This document shows, one piece after another, positions 41,242 through 52,106 of a stretch of 64,000 bases of DNA. Position 1 is the stretch's first letter, and every line of letters begins with the position of its first letter. Location of the stretch: assembly GCA_044225505.1 (NCBI GenBank), contig JBGAIN010000006.1, positions 62,001 through 126,000 of the forward strand, in the 5' to 3' direction. The translations under genes and the position numbers were made by a program. Source of the DNA: Limisphaerales bacterium (lineage in GTDB: Bacteria; Verrucomicrobiota; Verrucomicrobiia; Limisphaerales; SIBE01). Under the pieces are notes generated by a model that was given only the letters and a program-made list of their open reading frames with translations, was not told where the DNA came from and did not search any database.

Positions 41242-43104
41242 ATGAAACTGCAAATGCTCGACTGGCTGATTGTGGCCGCGTCGCTCCTCATCTGTTTTGC
41301 CCCGGCGCTCTTCTTTGGACGACGCGCGGGCCAGAGCACGTCGGAATTTTTTGTCTCTGGCCGGTCTGTTCCCTGGTGGCTGGCTGGGTTGTCGATGGTA
41401 GCCACGACCTTTAGTAGCGATACCCCCAATCTCGTCACTGACATTGTGCGGCGTCAGGGCGTCGCGGGAAACTGGGTTTGGTGGGCCTTCACGCTCACGG
41501 GGGTTGCGACTGTCTTCTTCTATGCGCGGCTCTGGCGACGATCCGAAGTCATGACCGATCTGGAGTTCTATGAAATCCGGTATTCGGGCAACGCGGCGAG
41601 TGTCGTGCGGGGCTTTCGCGCGCTCTACCTGGGATTGTTCTTCAATTGCGTCATCATGGCGTCGGTGAATCTGGCTGCCTGCAAGATTGCCAACGTTCTC
41701 TTCGGACTGCCGCGGTGGCAGACGCTGACATTTTGCGGAGTGCTAAATGTGGTCTTCGCGGCGCATTCGGGACTATGGGGTGTCCTGGTGATCGACATGA
41801 TTCAGTTTGTCTTGAAGATGACAGCGGTCATTGCGGCGGCGTATTTTGCCGTCGTGCACGTGGGCGGGCTTGGGGTGTTGATGGAAAAACTCAGCGCCCC
41901 GATGGTGGCGCCGGATGGCAAGTCCGTTCTGCATTACCTAAACATTCTGCCGGACTTCACGAACAATTGGGACATGGCTTTGGCGGTCTTTATTATGCCC
42001 ATTGCCGTGCAGTGGTGGGCTACTTGGTATCCGGGAGCTGAGCCGGGCGGCGGAAGCTACATTGCGCAGCGCATGCTGGCGTCCAAGTCGGAGAAAGATG
42101 CACTGGGAGCCGTCCTGTTTTTTAACGTTGCGCATTACGTTCTAAGGCCTTGGCCTTGGATTCTGGTAGGTCTCTGTTCTTTGTTGGTATACCCCCAGCT
42201 GTCGGACATCCAAAAGGCGTTTCCCGATCTGGATCCGAGTCTGTTGGGGCATGATATTGCCTATCCAGCGATGTTGAAGTTTCTGCCGGCGGGATTCATC
42301 GGGCTGATGGTCGGTGGATTGATCGCGGCAAACTCCTCGACAATCTTGACTCACTTGAATTGGGGAGCTTCCTATTTGGTGCACGATTTCTACCGGCGTT
42401 TCCTCCATCGCGCCGGCACAGAGCGGCATTACGTTTGGGCCGGTCGAATCACGACGGTCCTGCTATTCCTTCTCTCTTCTGGAACGGTCTATCTGCTGGA
42501 GTCGGCTAAAGACACGTTTGACATTATCCTTCAAATCGGAGCTGGGACCGGTTTGCTCTATTTACTCCGTTGGTTCTGGTGGCGCATCAACGCCTGGTGT
42601 GAGGTCGTCGCCATGCTGAGCTCTTTTGCCGTGTCCGCCACCTTGCTGCTTCTCAAGCGGCATGGCCAGTTCGACTTGGGAACGCACTATGCCTTGCTTC
42701 TCACCGTCGCGATCACAACGGTTTGCTGGGTCGCCGCCGCATTTCTGACGCCGGGCACCGACGAGAAGGTGTTAACGGACTTTTACCGAAAAGTCCGCCC
42801 TTTTGGCCCGGGATGGAATCGGATTCGTGCGCTGGCCGACCGGGCTCCGGCAGCAACACTCGCGGCCAGCGTGCCGGGGACGACGCGCGAGAACATACCG
42901 CTGGCGTTGTTAGGCTGGATCTCGGGATGCACGCTGATTTGGTCAGCGCTCTTTACTGTCGGCACGTTTCTTTATGGCCGCTACGCGCAATTTGGCGGGC
43001 TGCTGGTCACGGCGTTGATCAGCGGCACAGTTTTGATCCGCGTGATCCTGCGGCTTTGGAGTGAACCTGCCCCGGTGGGACCTTCATCAAACGCTCGCCG
43101 ATAG
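41242..43104 (+). CDS. Sodium:solute symporter (SSS family)
   Basis: FFVSGRSVPWW.AGLSMVATTFSSD, YIAQRMLA, many TM helices. Confidence 0.92.
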   Translation: MKLQMLDWLIVAASLLICFAPALFFGRRAGQSTSEFFVSGRSVPWWLAGLSMVATTFSSDTPNLVTDIVRRQGVAGNWVWWAFTLTGVATVFFYARLWRRSEVMTDLEFYEIRYSGNAASVVRGFRALYLGLFFNCVIMASVNLAACKIANVLFGLPRWQTLTFCGVLNVVFAAHSGLWGVLVIDMIQFVLKMTAVIAAAYFAVVHVGGLGVLMEKLSAPMVAPDGKSVLHYLNILPDFTNNWDMALAVFIMPIAVQWWATWYPGAEPGGGSYIAQRMLASKSEKDALGAVLFFNVAHYVLRPWPWILVGLCSLLVYPQLSDIQKAFPDLDPSLLGHDIAYPAMLKFLPAGFIGLMVGGLIAANSSTILTHLNWGASYLVHDFYRRFLHRAGTERHYVWAGRITTVLLFLLSSGTVYLLESAKDTFDIILQIGAGTGLLYLLRWFWWRINAWCEVVAMLSSFAVSATLLLLKRHGQFDLGTHYALLLTVAITTVCWVAAAFLTPGTDEKVLTDFYRKVRPFGPGWNRIRALADRAPAATLAASVPGTTRENIPLALLGWISGCTLIWSALFTVGTFLYGRYAQFGGLLVTALISGTVLIRVILRLWSEPAPVGPSSNARR

Positions 43105-43181
43105 CGGCGACCGATGTGACTGCTGCCTGGACGTTGCAAAATTCGGATTTGGCCCCTGGCAGACCTTTGACAAACCGGTCC

Positions 43182-44498
43182 TTAGCCTCGAAGTGCCCAG
43201 CGAATCAGCTCTGCGAAACTCGGAGGACGGCCTTGCATCAGGATTCCGATGCGGAAGATTCGGCCACCTGCCCAAACCATTAAGGCGCCGAAGACCATTA
43301 CTCCAAGCAATCCTAGCCAGGCTTGCCAAGGCGGCACGCCAGCGGGCGTGCCGAGCCGCAGCAACATCAAGGTGGGAGTGAAGGGAGGCATCAGAGACAA
43401 GGCGGTGGCCAGGTTGCTGTGGGGCTCTTTGAGCAGTGGCCCGAGCAGAAACATGGGAATGATCAACGGCAACATCGCCGGAATTTGCAGCGACTGCGCG
43501 TCTTTGGGGTCGCTACAAGCGGAGCCAATGGCTGCAAACATCGCGCCAAAAAGGAAGATAGCCGCGACCAGGTAGGCAAAGAACCAGGGCAAGACGTGAT
43601 AAGGGATGAAAGACGTCAGCGCCATCGAGGAAAGAGTTCCAATTCCACCTAAAAGGTAGACCAGCGAGCCCGTGAGCGAAATCCCCACGCCGCCGACGAG
43701 TTTGCCTAACATCAGTTGAAACGGACTAACAGAGCCGAGCATGACTTCGGCGATGCGCTGCGTTTTCTCTTCCATGATCGTTTGAATGAGGGGTGTCGCT
43801 CCCATCATCATCAGCATGAACATGAGAATCTGGAGCGTCATTGGTAGAAGTACCGCTTCGGCTTCGCCGCGGCGTTCGGCTTTACTAATCGCGCCTGTGG
43901 AAGTGTCGAGCGTTACCAAACTCAAGCTTTCGACCGTCACGGACGCATAGAGCTCAGGCAGCAGCCGCAGGTCAATGCCTGCTTCCACCAGACGCCGCCG
44001 GCGGAGTTCGTCATTGATCGGACCGGCAACCCAGCGCCGCAGATCATCCAAAGCGCCGTTCTTCGCATAATAGAGGATCCGCGCATTGTCGTTGGTAGCC
44101 TGGCGACGCAGGACCGCAGGGCCGATCTCGAGAAAGGCATGGAGCGATTTGTTGCGAACGCGCTCCGACAGCACGAGGCGTTGCCGATCTGGCTCCTGGT
44201 CGTCCGGTTTGATCGACTCGATGAAGTAGGCAGGTTTGATTTTCTTGCCGGTTTTTGGATGTGTGACCTCTTTGCGGTTTCGAGACTGCGCCGCTTCCTC
44301 CAGTGCGGATACGAAGACGCCCGTCCGATCGATGACGGCCAACCGTTGATCGTTCGTGTCGGCGTGGTCCTTGAAAACGGCCATCCCAATAAACCCGCCG
44401 CTCATCAAAAGGGGTGCCAAGATCAAGCCGATCAAGAACCCTTTAGTTCGAACGGCCGCGATGTACTCGCGTCGCGCGATGGTTAGCACCTTATGCAC
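43182..44498 (-). CDS. ABC-2 type permease (NatB-like)
   Basis: IARREY, EEKTQRIAEVMLGSVSP.QLM.GK, IFRIGILMQG; GTG start overlapping the ATPase stop. Confidence 0.9.
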   Translation of the reverse strand: MHKVLTIARREYIAAVRTKGFLIGLILAPLLMSGGFIGMAVFKDHADTNDQRLAVIDRTGVFVSALEEAAQSRNRKEVTHPKTGKKIKPAYFIESIKPDDQEPDRQRLVLSERVRNKSLHAFLEIGPAVLRRQATNDNARILYYAKNGALDDLRRWVAGPINDELRRRRLVEAGIDLRLLPELYASVTVESLSLVTLDTSTGAISKAERRGEAEAVLLPMTLQILMFMLMMMGATPLIQTIMEEKTQRIAEVMLGSVSPFQLMLGKLVGGVGISLTGSLVYLLGGIGTLSSMALTSFIPYHVLPWFFAYLVAAIFLFGAMFAAIGSACSDPKDAQSLQIPAMLPLIIPMFLLGPLLKEPHSNLATALSLMPPFTPTLMLLRLGTPAGVPPWQAWLGLLGVMVFGALMVWAGGRIFRIGILMQGRPPSFAELIRWALRG

Positions 44499-45408
44499 TG
44501 GGTGGCTCCTGCGTGAAACGATCGTTCCCAGCGATGCGCACGAAGATATCATGCAATGACGGCTTGCCTATTTCGAAGCTCCAGACCCGAGTGCGCGCAA
44601 GCACAGTGGCCAGGATGCGCTGGGCATCGCCATCGGACTTGAGGCGCAGTTCCTGCAGTTGTCCGAAATCTGTGATCGCTTCAACGCCTTCGAGTTCCTG
44701 GACAGCGGGCAGGCCGGCTTCCGTGCGAATGCGGATGGTATCGTTGCCGTAGGTCTGTTGAATGGCCGTCAGCGTTCCGTCGAGCACTTTGCGTCCTTTG
44801 AAAATCATTAAAATCGAGTCGCATAGGATCTCGGCGATATGCATGTCGTGGGTGCTCAGAATCACCGTAGCGCCTTGGTTTCGCAGTTCCAGAATGGCCG
44901 CGCGAATCACTTCCATGTTTACCGGGTCCAGTCCGCTGAACGGTTCGTCCAGAATCAACAGTTCGGGTTCGGCAATCACCGTGGCGATGAACTGCACCTT
45001 CTGGCTCATTCCCTTGCTGAGCGCTTCAATCCGCCGCGAACCACAATCATTCAGCCCGAGCTTGGCGAGCCAATGATCGACTTTAGCGGAAGCGTTGCGT
45101 GCGCCTTTGAGTTCGGCAAAGAAGCGTAAGCACTCGCGCACGCGCATCCGCTTGTAAAGTCCGCGTTCTTCGGGCAAATAGCCGATCCGGTCAGAGCATG
45201 CGCGCGCCACTTCTTCGCCCAGAACCCGCACCGTCCCCTGACTCGGGAAGTAGATTCCCGTGATCATCCGCAATGTCGTCGTCTTGCCAGCGCCGTTGGG
45301 CCCGATGAACCCGTAGATGCTTCCGGTTGGGACGGCCAGGTTCAATTGTTCCACGGCGGTCGAACATCCGAAGACTTTCGTGACGTCATGGAGTTCGACG
45401 GCGTGCAT
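44491..45408 (-). CDS. ABC transporter ATP-binding protein (NatA/YhaQ-like)
   Basis: GPNGAGKTT, LSKGMSQK, ILDEPFSGLD, PSLHDIF. Confidence 0.92.
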   Translation of the reverse strand: MHAVELHDVTKVFGCSTAVEQLNLAVPTGSIYGFIGPNGAGKTTTLRMITGIYFPSQGTVRVLGEEVARACSDRIGYLPEERGLYKRMRVRECLRFFAELKGARNASAKVDHWLAKLGLNDCGSRRIEALSKGMSQKVQFIATVIAEPELLILDEPFSGLDPVNMEVIRAAILELRNQGATVILSTHDMHIAEILCDSILMIFKGRKVLDGTLTAIQQTYGNDTIRIRTEAGLPAVQELEGVEAITDFGQLQELRLKSDGDAQRILATVLARTRVWSFEIGKPSLHDIFVRIAGNDRFTQEPPSA

Positions 45409-45600
45409 CCTGGATTCGGTGATTAACCTAATTTGCCGTGGGCGTCGAGGTTGGATCCAGCCGGTTCGACAGCGGGCCAAGGGTCAAACCAGACGACACA
45501 AGATCAGGAACCGTGTTCGCGCGCCGCGCTTGTGAAAGAGGCGCTCGGCCGGCGCCGTCTGCGTGTGGTGGGGTCCAGCGCGTCCGATTATCGCCGTCGA

Positions 45601-46425
45601 TCAGTAGTCCACTCGGACGCGGTAAAACCGATTGGTAGCCTCGCGGTTGTCGTCCAGAATATGTATTTCGCTGCCCGTGCCATTGGTGTTGGAAAGCTCC
45701 TGCCAAAGGGGCGGGAATTGGGTCGTGAACTCCACACGATGGACGCGATTCGAGATGCTTCGCCACGAAATATCCCGCGACCCGTCTGCGAGGCCGTTCA
45801 CGCGGAGGTGCAGAAGAGTGATGTCCACATAGACGACATCTTCGAAGGTCGGCCGGACCGAGGTCACGGGCAATTTGGTCAAGGCGCCCCCAAGGTTGGC
45901 GCGGTAGAGCGGACTGTTGGTTGTGAGGTCATTGAAGACATTGAGCACGTTCGTGCCGCCCACGACATGGCCAAAGACGGTGAAGCCCCCGTCAGCGAAG
46001 TCGAGACCCGAATTGTTCGTCAGATTAATGAACCACTGCGAAGTCGCCGAGTTGGTGACGCCTTCCTGGCGGGCCATCGCAATGGTGCCGTAGACATTGC
46101 TAAAGGTCCGCCCGACTTTGTACTCGTTGGTGATTACCGCCACAGTATTAATGGCTTTGATGGCGACGTTGGTCGTGTGGCGCTCGATCATATGATAGCC
46201 ACCCGACTGGATCACAAAGAGCGGTTCCCAGCGGTGGATGAATAGGTTGGAATACGCTCCAGACTCCACATAGTGAATGAAATTCGTAACGGTGACCGGT
46301 TTGTCCGCGTCGTACAATTCCACTTCCAGATCCCCGAACACGGTTCGGAATTGCGCCAGGGTTCCGGCAGATAAGGTGCCAAGACCAAGCCAACACCCAC
46401 AGATCAAAACTAGAACAACACGCAT
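45601..46425 (-). CDS. Secreted cyclophilin-type peptidyl-prolyl isomerase with C-terminal FYR domain
   Basis: Signal peptide; PVTVTNF..YV..G.Y, FIHR...FVIQSGG, GTIAMAR, SATSQWFIN, FTVFGHV; ends NRFYRVRVDY. Confidence 0.88.
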   Translation of the reverse strand: MRVVLVLICGCWLGLGTLSAGTLAQFRTVFGDLEVELYDADKPVTVTNFIHYVESGAYSNLFIHRWEPLFVIQSGGYHMIERHTTNVAIKAINTVAVITNEYKVGRTFSNVYGTIAMARQEGVTNSATSQWFINLTNNSGLDFADGGFTVFGHVVGGTNVLNVFNDLTTNSPLYRANLGGALTKLPVTSVRPTFEDVVYVDITLLHLRVNGLADGSRDISWRSISNRVHRVEFTTQFPPLWQELSNTNGTGSEIHILDDNREATNRFYRVRVDY

Positions 46426-46490
46426 GGCCTGCGCAGGATGGCCAGGGCTCACGACTTTGCAACTTTTATCTGAGCCCACCCGTCCTCCGG

Positions 46491-47309
46491 TCAAAGATCC
46501 GCTTTGGAGAGCTGGCGCCGGAGCAGTCCGTTGTTGGCATTTAATTCGTAAGCATAATCTCCCGGAATCGGGCGTCTCCAAAACTCGCCGCCTGCACATT
46601 CCAAAATCAATCCGCCCGCGGCGATATCCCAGAGACGTATCCCCGCTTCGACATAGGCGTCGAAACGACCACTCGCGACATAGACCATGGAGAGCGCGGC
46701 GGAACCCATGATTCGAATCTTCCGAACCCGATGCAGCAGGTATCGCATGGTCGGCATCATCCGTTCGATCGTTTCCGCCTTTTTCGCAAACCCGATGGAA
46801 ATGATGGATTCGCGCAAGCGGGCGTGCTTGCTCACGTGGATGACTCGGCCGTTCAAGCGTGCGGATTGTCCGCGCTGAGCGGTCCAGAGCTCGTTGCAGA
46901 ACGGATCGTAAACGACCCCGACCTGGGTCTCGTAACCATCGTCCGCGACCTTGGGCCCGCGGGCGGGTTTCGCCGTTGAGCGCGCTTGAAGCGCAATCGA
47001 GACGGCGGCATGTGGAATGCCATAGGCGAAATTGACGGTGCCATCGATCGGATCGACCACCCAACGCGCCTCGGCCTCTGGATCACCCAGAATCCCTTCC
47101 TCGCCCAACAACGAGACTTTTGGGAACGCTTTGCGCAAGTGTCGCTCGATCAGCTTTTGGCAGCGCACATCCAACTCCAGTTTGATGTCGTGCTGATGTT
47201 CCTCATTGACCCGTTTGGCAGAGTAAAAGTTCTTCTGCATGAGGCCGCCCGCCAATTTGGCCGCTTGCACCGCGGCGCCGAGCGCCCGTCTCGTCTCAGT
47301 CGAATTCAT
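46491..47309 (-). CDS. suhB: Inositol monophosphatase family protein
   Basis: LGEE, WVVDPIDGTVNF, RIMGSAAL, LWDIAAG.LI..AGG. Confidence 0.88.
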   Translation of the reverse strand: MNSTETRRALGAAVQAAKLAGGLMQKNFYSAKRVNEEHQHDIKLELDVRCQKLIERHLRKAFPKVSLLGEEGILGDPEAEARWVVDPIDGTVNFAYGIPHAAVSIALQARSTAKPARGPKVADDGYETQVGVVYDPFCNELWTAQRGQSARLNGRVIHVSKHARLRESIISIGFAKKAETIERMMPTMRYLLHRVRKIRIMGSAALSMVYVASGRFDAYVEAGIRLWDIAAGGLILECAGGEFWRRPIPGDYAYELNANNGLLRRQLSKADL

Positions 47310-47417
47310 GGACTGCAGCTTGTCAGAGAGACGCCCTGGCAACACTCCTTTTCTAGAGAAGCGGCGCCCAAGGGTTTGGCCAAGACTCGGTGAAACTAAG
47401 GAGCGCGGAATTTACTC

Positions 47418-47724
47418 TAATGCCATTCGGTAATTGCCTCCTGGCGCCCCGGATGGGGCAACTCGAGAACAGCTCGGCGTTTTAACGCCGAGGTCGAATG
47501 GGCGCGATTCCAAGTCCCGACGGGACGGCCGAGGACGTGGCATTGAACGGAAGAACCGGAGATTAAGCGGATCACAAGGTCGTAGTACCTAAACGCCCTT
47601 TCTCGCCGCACTCAGCCGCCCCTCCGGGGCTTGGGCCCTCTCACTTGAGCACCCGGCGCTAAAGCGACCGGGCTTCTCTCATTCTGTCCCTTCCGGGACT
47701 GAATAGAATTACCGAATGGCATTA
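47418..47724. mobile_element. 307-bp non-autonomous IS4-like MITE
   Basis: Perfect 18-bp TIRs TAATGCCATTCGGTAATT (47418-47435, 47707-47724) flanked by a 10-bp direct repeat GAATTTACTC (47408-47417, 47725-47734); no transposase. Confidence 0.88.
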
Positions 47725-47822
47725 GAATTTACTCCGCAGGAAGCCACGCTTGGCGAAGGGCGCCTCAATGATCCGACGCTTTCTTCCGACACGGCCGTTC
47801 CTGCGGGTTGAAGCCCACGCCC

Positions 47823-48431
47823 CTATGCAGGTGCTGGCCCTCCGGTGGCTGGCGCGCTCGCGCGTTGGAGAAACCGGAACTGGCTGTCTCAATGCTCGAG
47901 GAGTTTCTGTTCGAGCCAGGCATCCGGAAGCGACAGTTGATCCCGCTTGGTGTGACCGAGAATCAGCAAGCCGCCAGGCCGGAGCAGTTGCGGCACGAGC
48001 AGGTGATCGAGCAACTGCTGCGAGAATGAAGTGGAGCGGCGACCGACGTTCTTTTCTCCAAACGGAGGATCCGCGATGATCAGATCGAACTGCCGTTGCG
48101 CGCTAGCCAGCTGCCCGATGGCAGCGAGAGCTTCCTGGACGCGCAGTTCGAACCGGGCGCGGTCCAGGCCGATCTCTTCCAGGTTCTCGTTGATGATGCG
48201 CGCGTGACGGTTGGCCTTTTCGATGCTGGTCACCCGCGCGGCGCCGCGGCTCAAGCATTCCAGGCCCAACGCTCCCGAACCGGCAAACAACTCCAGCACT
48301 TCGGCATCGACAACGCGTCCCGCGAGACTGTTGAAGACAGCTTGTTTGACCACGTCTGGAGTCGGCCGAACGTCAAAGCCTTTTGGCACTTTGAGGAGTC
48401 TGCCGGCGGCAGTTCCACCGATGATACGCAT
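47823..48431 (-). CDS. rsmD: 16S rRNA m2G966 methyltransferase with premature TGA at 47889-47891
   Basis: MRIIGG..GR.L, RPT.D.VK.A.FN, LELFAGSGALGLE.LSRGA, DPPF; frame continues H*DSQFRFL to TAG at 47823. Confidence 0.88.
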
Positions 48432-48448
48432 AACGTCTGGACTACAAC

Positions 48449-49482
48449 CTAAAACCGGAGCTGGAGTGTGACCGACCCGAACCCCTGGCCTTCAGGCTGA
48501 GGCCGAAATTCCCGGGTGCGGAAAATGTGGGAGTAGACCAGTTCGATGCGATTCAACACCAGGACCAAACCACTGCGCCATTCTCCCACAAACGGTTCTT
48601 TGTCGACATGATGGCTTTCCCGAAAACTATTGCCATCCAGGAATGTGGTATACAGGACCGCGCGCCCTTCGACACCACTAAAGAAATAAAATCCCCAACG
48701 CGGTTCTGTCTCCGACCGGGAACGTCCGCCACTCGGACCGAGCAGGGAATGGATGGGCTGGGCTCCGAAGTCTTCCGGCAAATGCCAGCCAACGCGAAAG
48801 GTCGTGCCGACCCGGAACGAGGTATCCACGTTGCCAGCGCTTAGCCCGGCCTGCGGAATCATGTCGAAGTAGTGTTCTTCTCCTGAGGGCACGGGAATGA
48901 GCCAGGCGCGTCCGTATTGCAGAGCGACTCCCGGTTCGTCTTGAAGCTGATACTCCCAGCCGCGCGGGGCGTGATGATGGTACCAAGTCTGGATGTGATC
49001 GGCGAATGATTCCGGGCCGATCATTCCAAGGTCCAGGCGTACATTCTCCAGGGTCAAGAAGCCGCCCCGGCTAAGTCCGCGCCGCTGCAAAAGCACACCG
49101 GCATAGAGCCAGCCGCGCGTAGGGCCGGTCGTCCGGCAGGAAGTTGGAGGTGTGGGTGTTGGCAGGCGTAAAGATGCTTTGTCCCAGTTCGTATCCGACC
49201 CGGTCTGCTTCGGGAGCGAAGCCAAGGGCCGGGACATTATCCAGGCCAGTTTTGAGCCAGCCAGGGAGTTCGTTATCGCCTTGGAGAAAGGAAAGGCGCG
49301 CGCCTTGGGTACCAACGATCGGTTCCATTAAACAGATCGTTTTCCTCTGTGAGGGAAAGGATCGGTGCGCGATCAAAGTGAGCGGCGGTGAGCGTCAGGC
49401 ACGACACGCTCAGCCAAAGCGCCCTGAATCCCAGGGCAACGCTCGAAGTTCGGAATGGAACATCCGGAATTCGGGAAAGCAT
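48449..49482 (-). pseudogene. Lipid A deacylase LpxR (DUF2219)-family outer membrane protein with two frameshifts
   Basis: ENDLF..TDRWY / TQGARL...GQSIFTP...DDRPYA / GWLY...LGMIGP.S...Q...GWEYQL lie in three frames; C-terminal Phe. Confidence 0.82.
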
Positions 49483-49582
49483 AGCGACGTTGTCTCGTTC
49501 GATTGGGTATGCCTATGTGCGCGGTGTGCTGCCAGAGCCGCTTCGGGAATTGCAACTTAATCCAATCCCGTGGATTGGAAAC

Positions 49583-49614
49583 AAAAAAAGGCGATCCGTG
49601 GAACGGATCGCCTT
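49583..49614 (-). terminator. Rho-independent terminator of gap
   Basis: AAGGCGATCCG-loop-CGGATCGCCTT hairpin followed by a T-tract on the minus strand, 20 nt after the gap stop. Confidence 0.85.
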
Positions 49615-49633
49615 GTTTCAAAAAGGAGGCTTC

Positions 49634-50701
<1,068 letters not shown>

Positions 50702-50872
50702 TCAACTCAAGTTAACTACAAAACTACCAGGCCGCCGATGTTAATGGCGGAGCCCTGACCGTCAACGCTGAATTGAGTGCCGCCGCGGTTTAGTATGACC
50801 CAGGTCAATCTGGAGCGATTGGAAGCCAGGGCATCGATTGCCCAAGCGTCGCTTTTTGAAACTCAAGTTGGA

Positions 50873-51451
50873 TCAGCGATGCTGATAGCGTGCCACTAAA
50901 AGCCCCGCGACAGCGCCGGCCAGGTGGCCTTCCCAGGAAACCGCACCGCGTTGCGGCAGAACCCCATAGAAGATTCCGCCGTAAAGAACCAGGACGGCCG
51001 CTGCCACTAGCACCGCCCGCCAGCTTCGCATCCACCACCCCGCGGCGATCAAGTATACCACAAGTCCGTAAATCACGGAACTGGCTCCAATATGAATCGC
51101 ACCGCCCCTCCCGATCAGCCAGGTTCCAAATCCGCTGCCGACCCAAATCCAGGCCAGCGTCTGGACCGGCCGATAGCTCCGTTCCGCAAAAAGGATCAAG
51201 AGCAGGACAAAAAGCGGCAGGGTGTTGGCTGAGAGATGGGCAAAGCCCAGGTGCAGCAACGGGGCAAATAGAATCCCCACCAAACCTCGCCCGGTGCGCG
51301 GCAGAATCCCAAGAACTCGCAAGTCTGCCGGCAATAACCAATCCAGCACGGCCACTAAAACCATCGCTCCGACTAGCAGAATGCTAGTCTCGAGCGCGTC
51401 GCCATAGCCGCTCTTGGCAGATCGGCTCACGCGTGACTCGAGCGCATCCAT
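50873..51451 (-). CDS. Rhomboid-family intramembrane serine protease
   Basis: APLLH..FAHL.AN, HIGASS, SWEGHLAGA. Confidence 0.9.
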   Translation of the reverse strand: MDALESRVSRSAKSGYGDALETSILLVGAMVLVAVLDWLLPADLRVLGILPRTGRGLVGILFAPLLHLGFAHLSANTLPLFVLLLILFAERSYRPVQTLAWIWVGSGFGTWLIGRGGAIHIGASSVIYGLVVYLIAAGWWMRSWRAVLVAAAVLVLYGGIFYGVLPQRGAVSWEGHLAGAVAGLLVARYQHR

Positions 51452-51870
51452 GGCAAGCGTGGGTCCAGGCGGCGACCCATCCAGGGATGAGTATCAACCA
51501 GCGGTGGCGGTTTAGACGCGAGTTTCAACGCACCTCACCTTAATGCGAGGCCCCTTGCTCGGTCAATTCAGTCACAATGTCGATTCGGCCGACGGACGGG
51601 CGGGGAGGTTTAGATTGGGTCGGCGTGCGAGTCCTCGGCAAGGCTGGCTGGCCCCGGCGTTTTGCCGGAAAGACTCCGTAATTAGTAACGGCACCGCGGA
51701 ACAGGATCTCATGACCACACCTATCGGCAGGATGCAGATGCTCTAGGCGAATGAAGTGCCCTCTTTATTGGTTTGTGTCCGCGGGCGGGGTGAGGGAAGG
51801 CAGAATGGACCCACCCAAACGCCAAGATGGTGGACTTGGGTCCGGCCTCCCACCGATGTTCATCGCTTTT

Positions 51871-51961
51871 TAACAGGGAATAAACATGGATTAGACAAGG
51901 ATTTAGCACGGATACAACCCGTGTTATATCCGTGTTAAATCCCTGGTATCTCCGTGTTATA
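51871..51961. repeat. Second palindromic array of 11-bp units (same family as 28617-28707)
   Basis: TAACAGGGAAT AAACATGGATT AGACAAGGATT TAGCACGGATA caa CCCGTGTTATA TCCGTGTTAAA TCCCTGGTATC TCCGTGTTATA. Confidence 0.8.
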
Positions 51962-52106
51962 TACGTATGAAGAGCGCACCAGAAGCGATAGAACTCGTTG
52001 GAAACAAAGGCCCAGGACGCTGGTCAAGTCTCGGATAGGAGCTTCGCTCCGTGGGAGAGAATTGGATTGGAATTGCCGCTTCAAAGCCTAAGATGTCGCG
52101 ATCCAC

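Noticed and set aside
46426..47064. Long N-terminal extension of the cyclophilin ORF
   Set aside because: It overlaps suhB in another frame; the signal peptide begins at 46425.
47889..47891. UGA=Gly recoding (genetic code 25) or selenocysteine suggested by the TGA in rsmD
   Set aside because: Many intact genes here end at TGA exactly where their families end (pduL, ackA, aldehyde dehydrogenase, permease, glyQS), and the position is a Gly, not a Cys.
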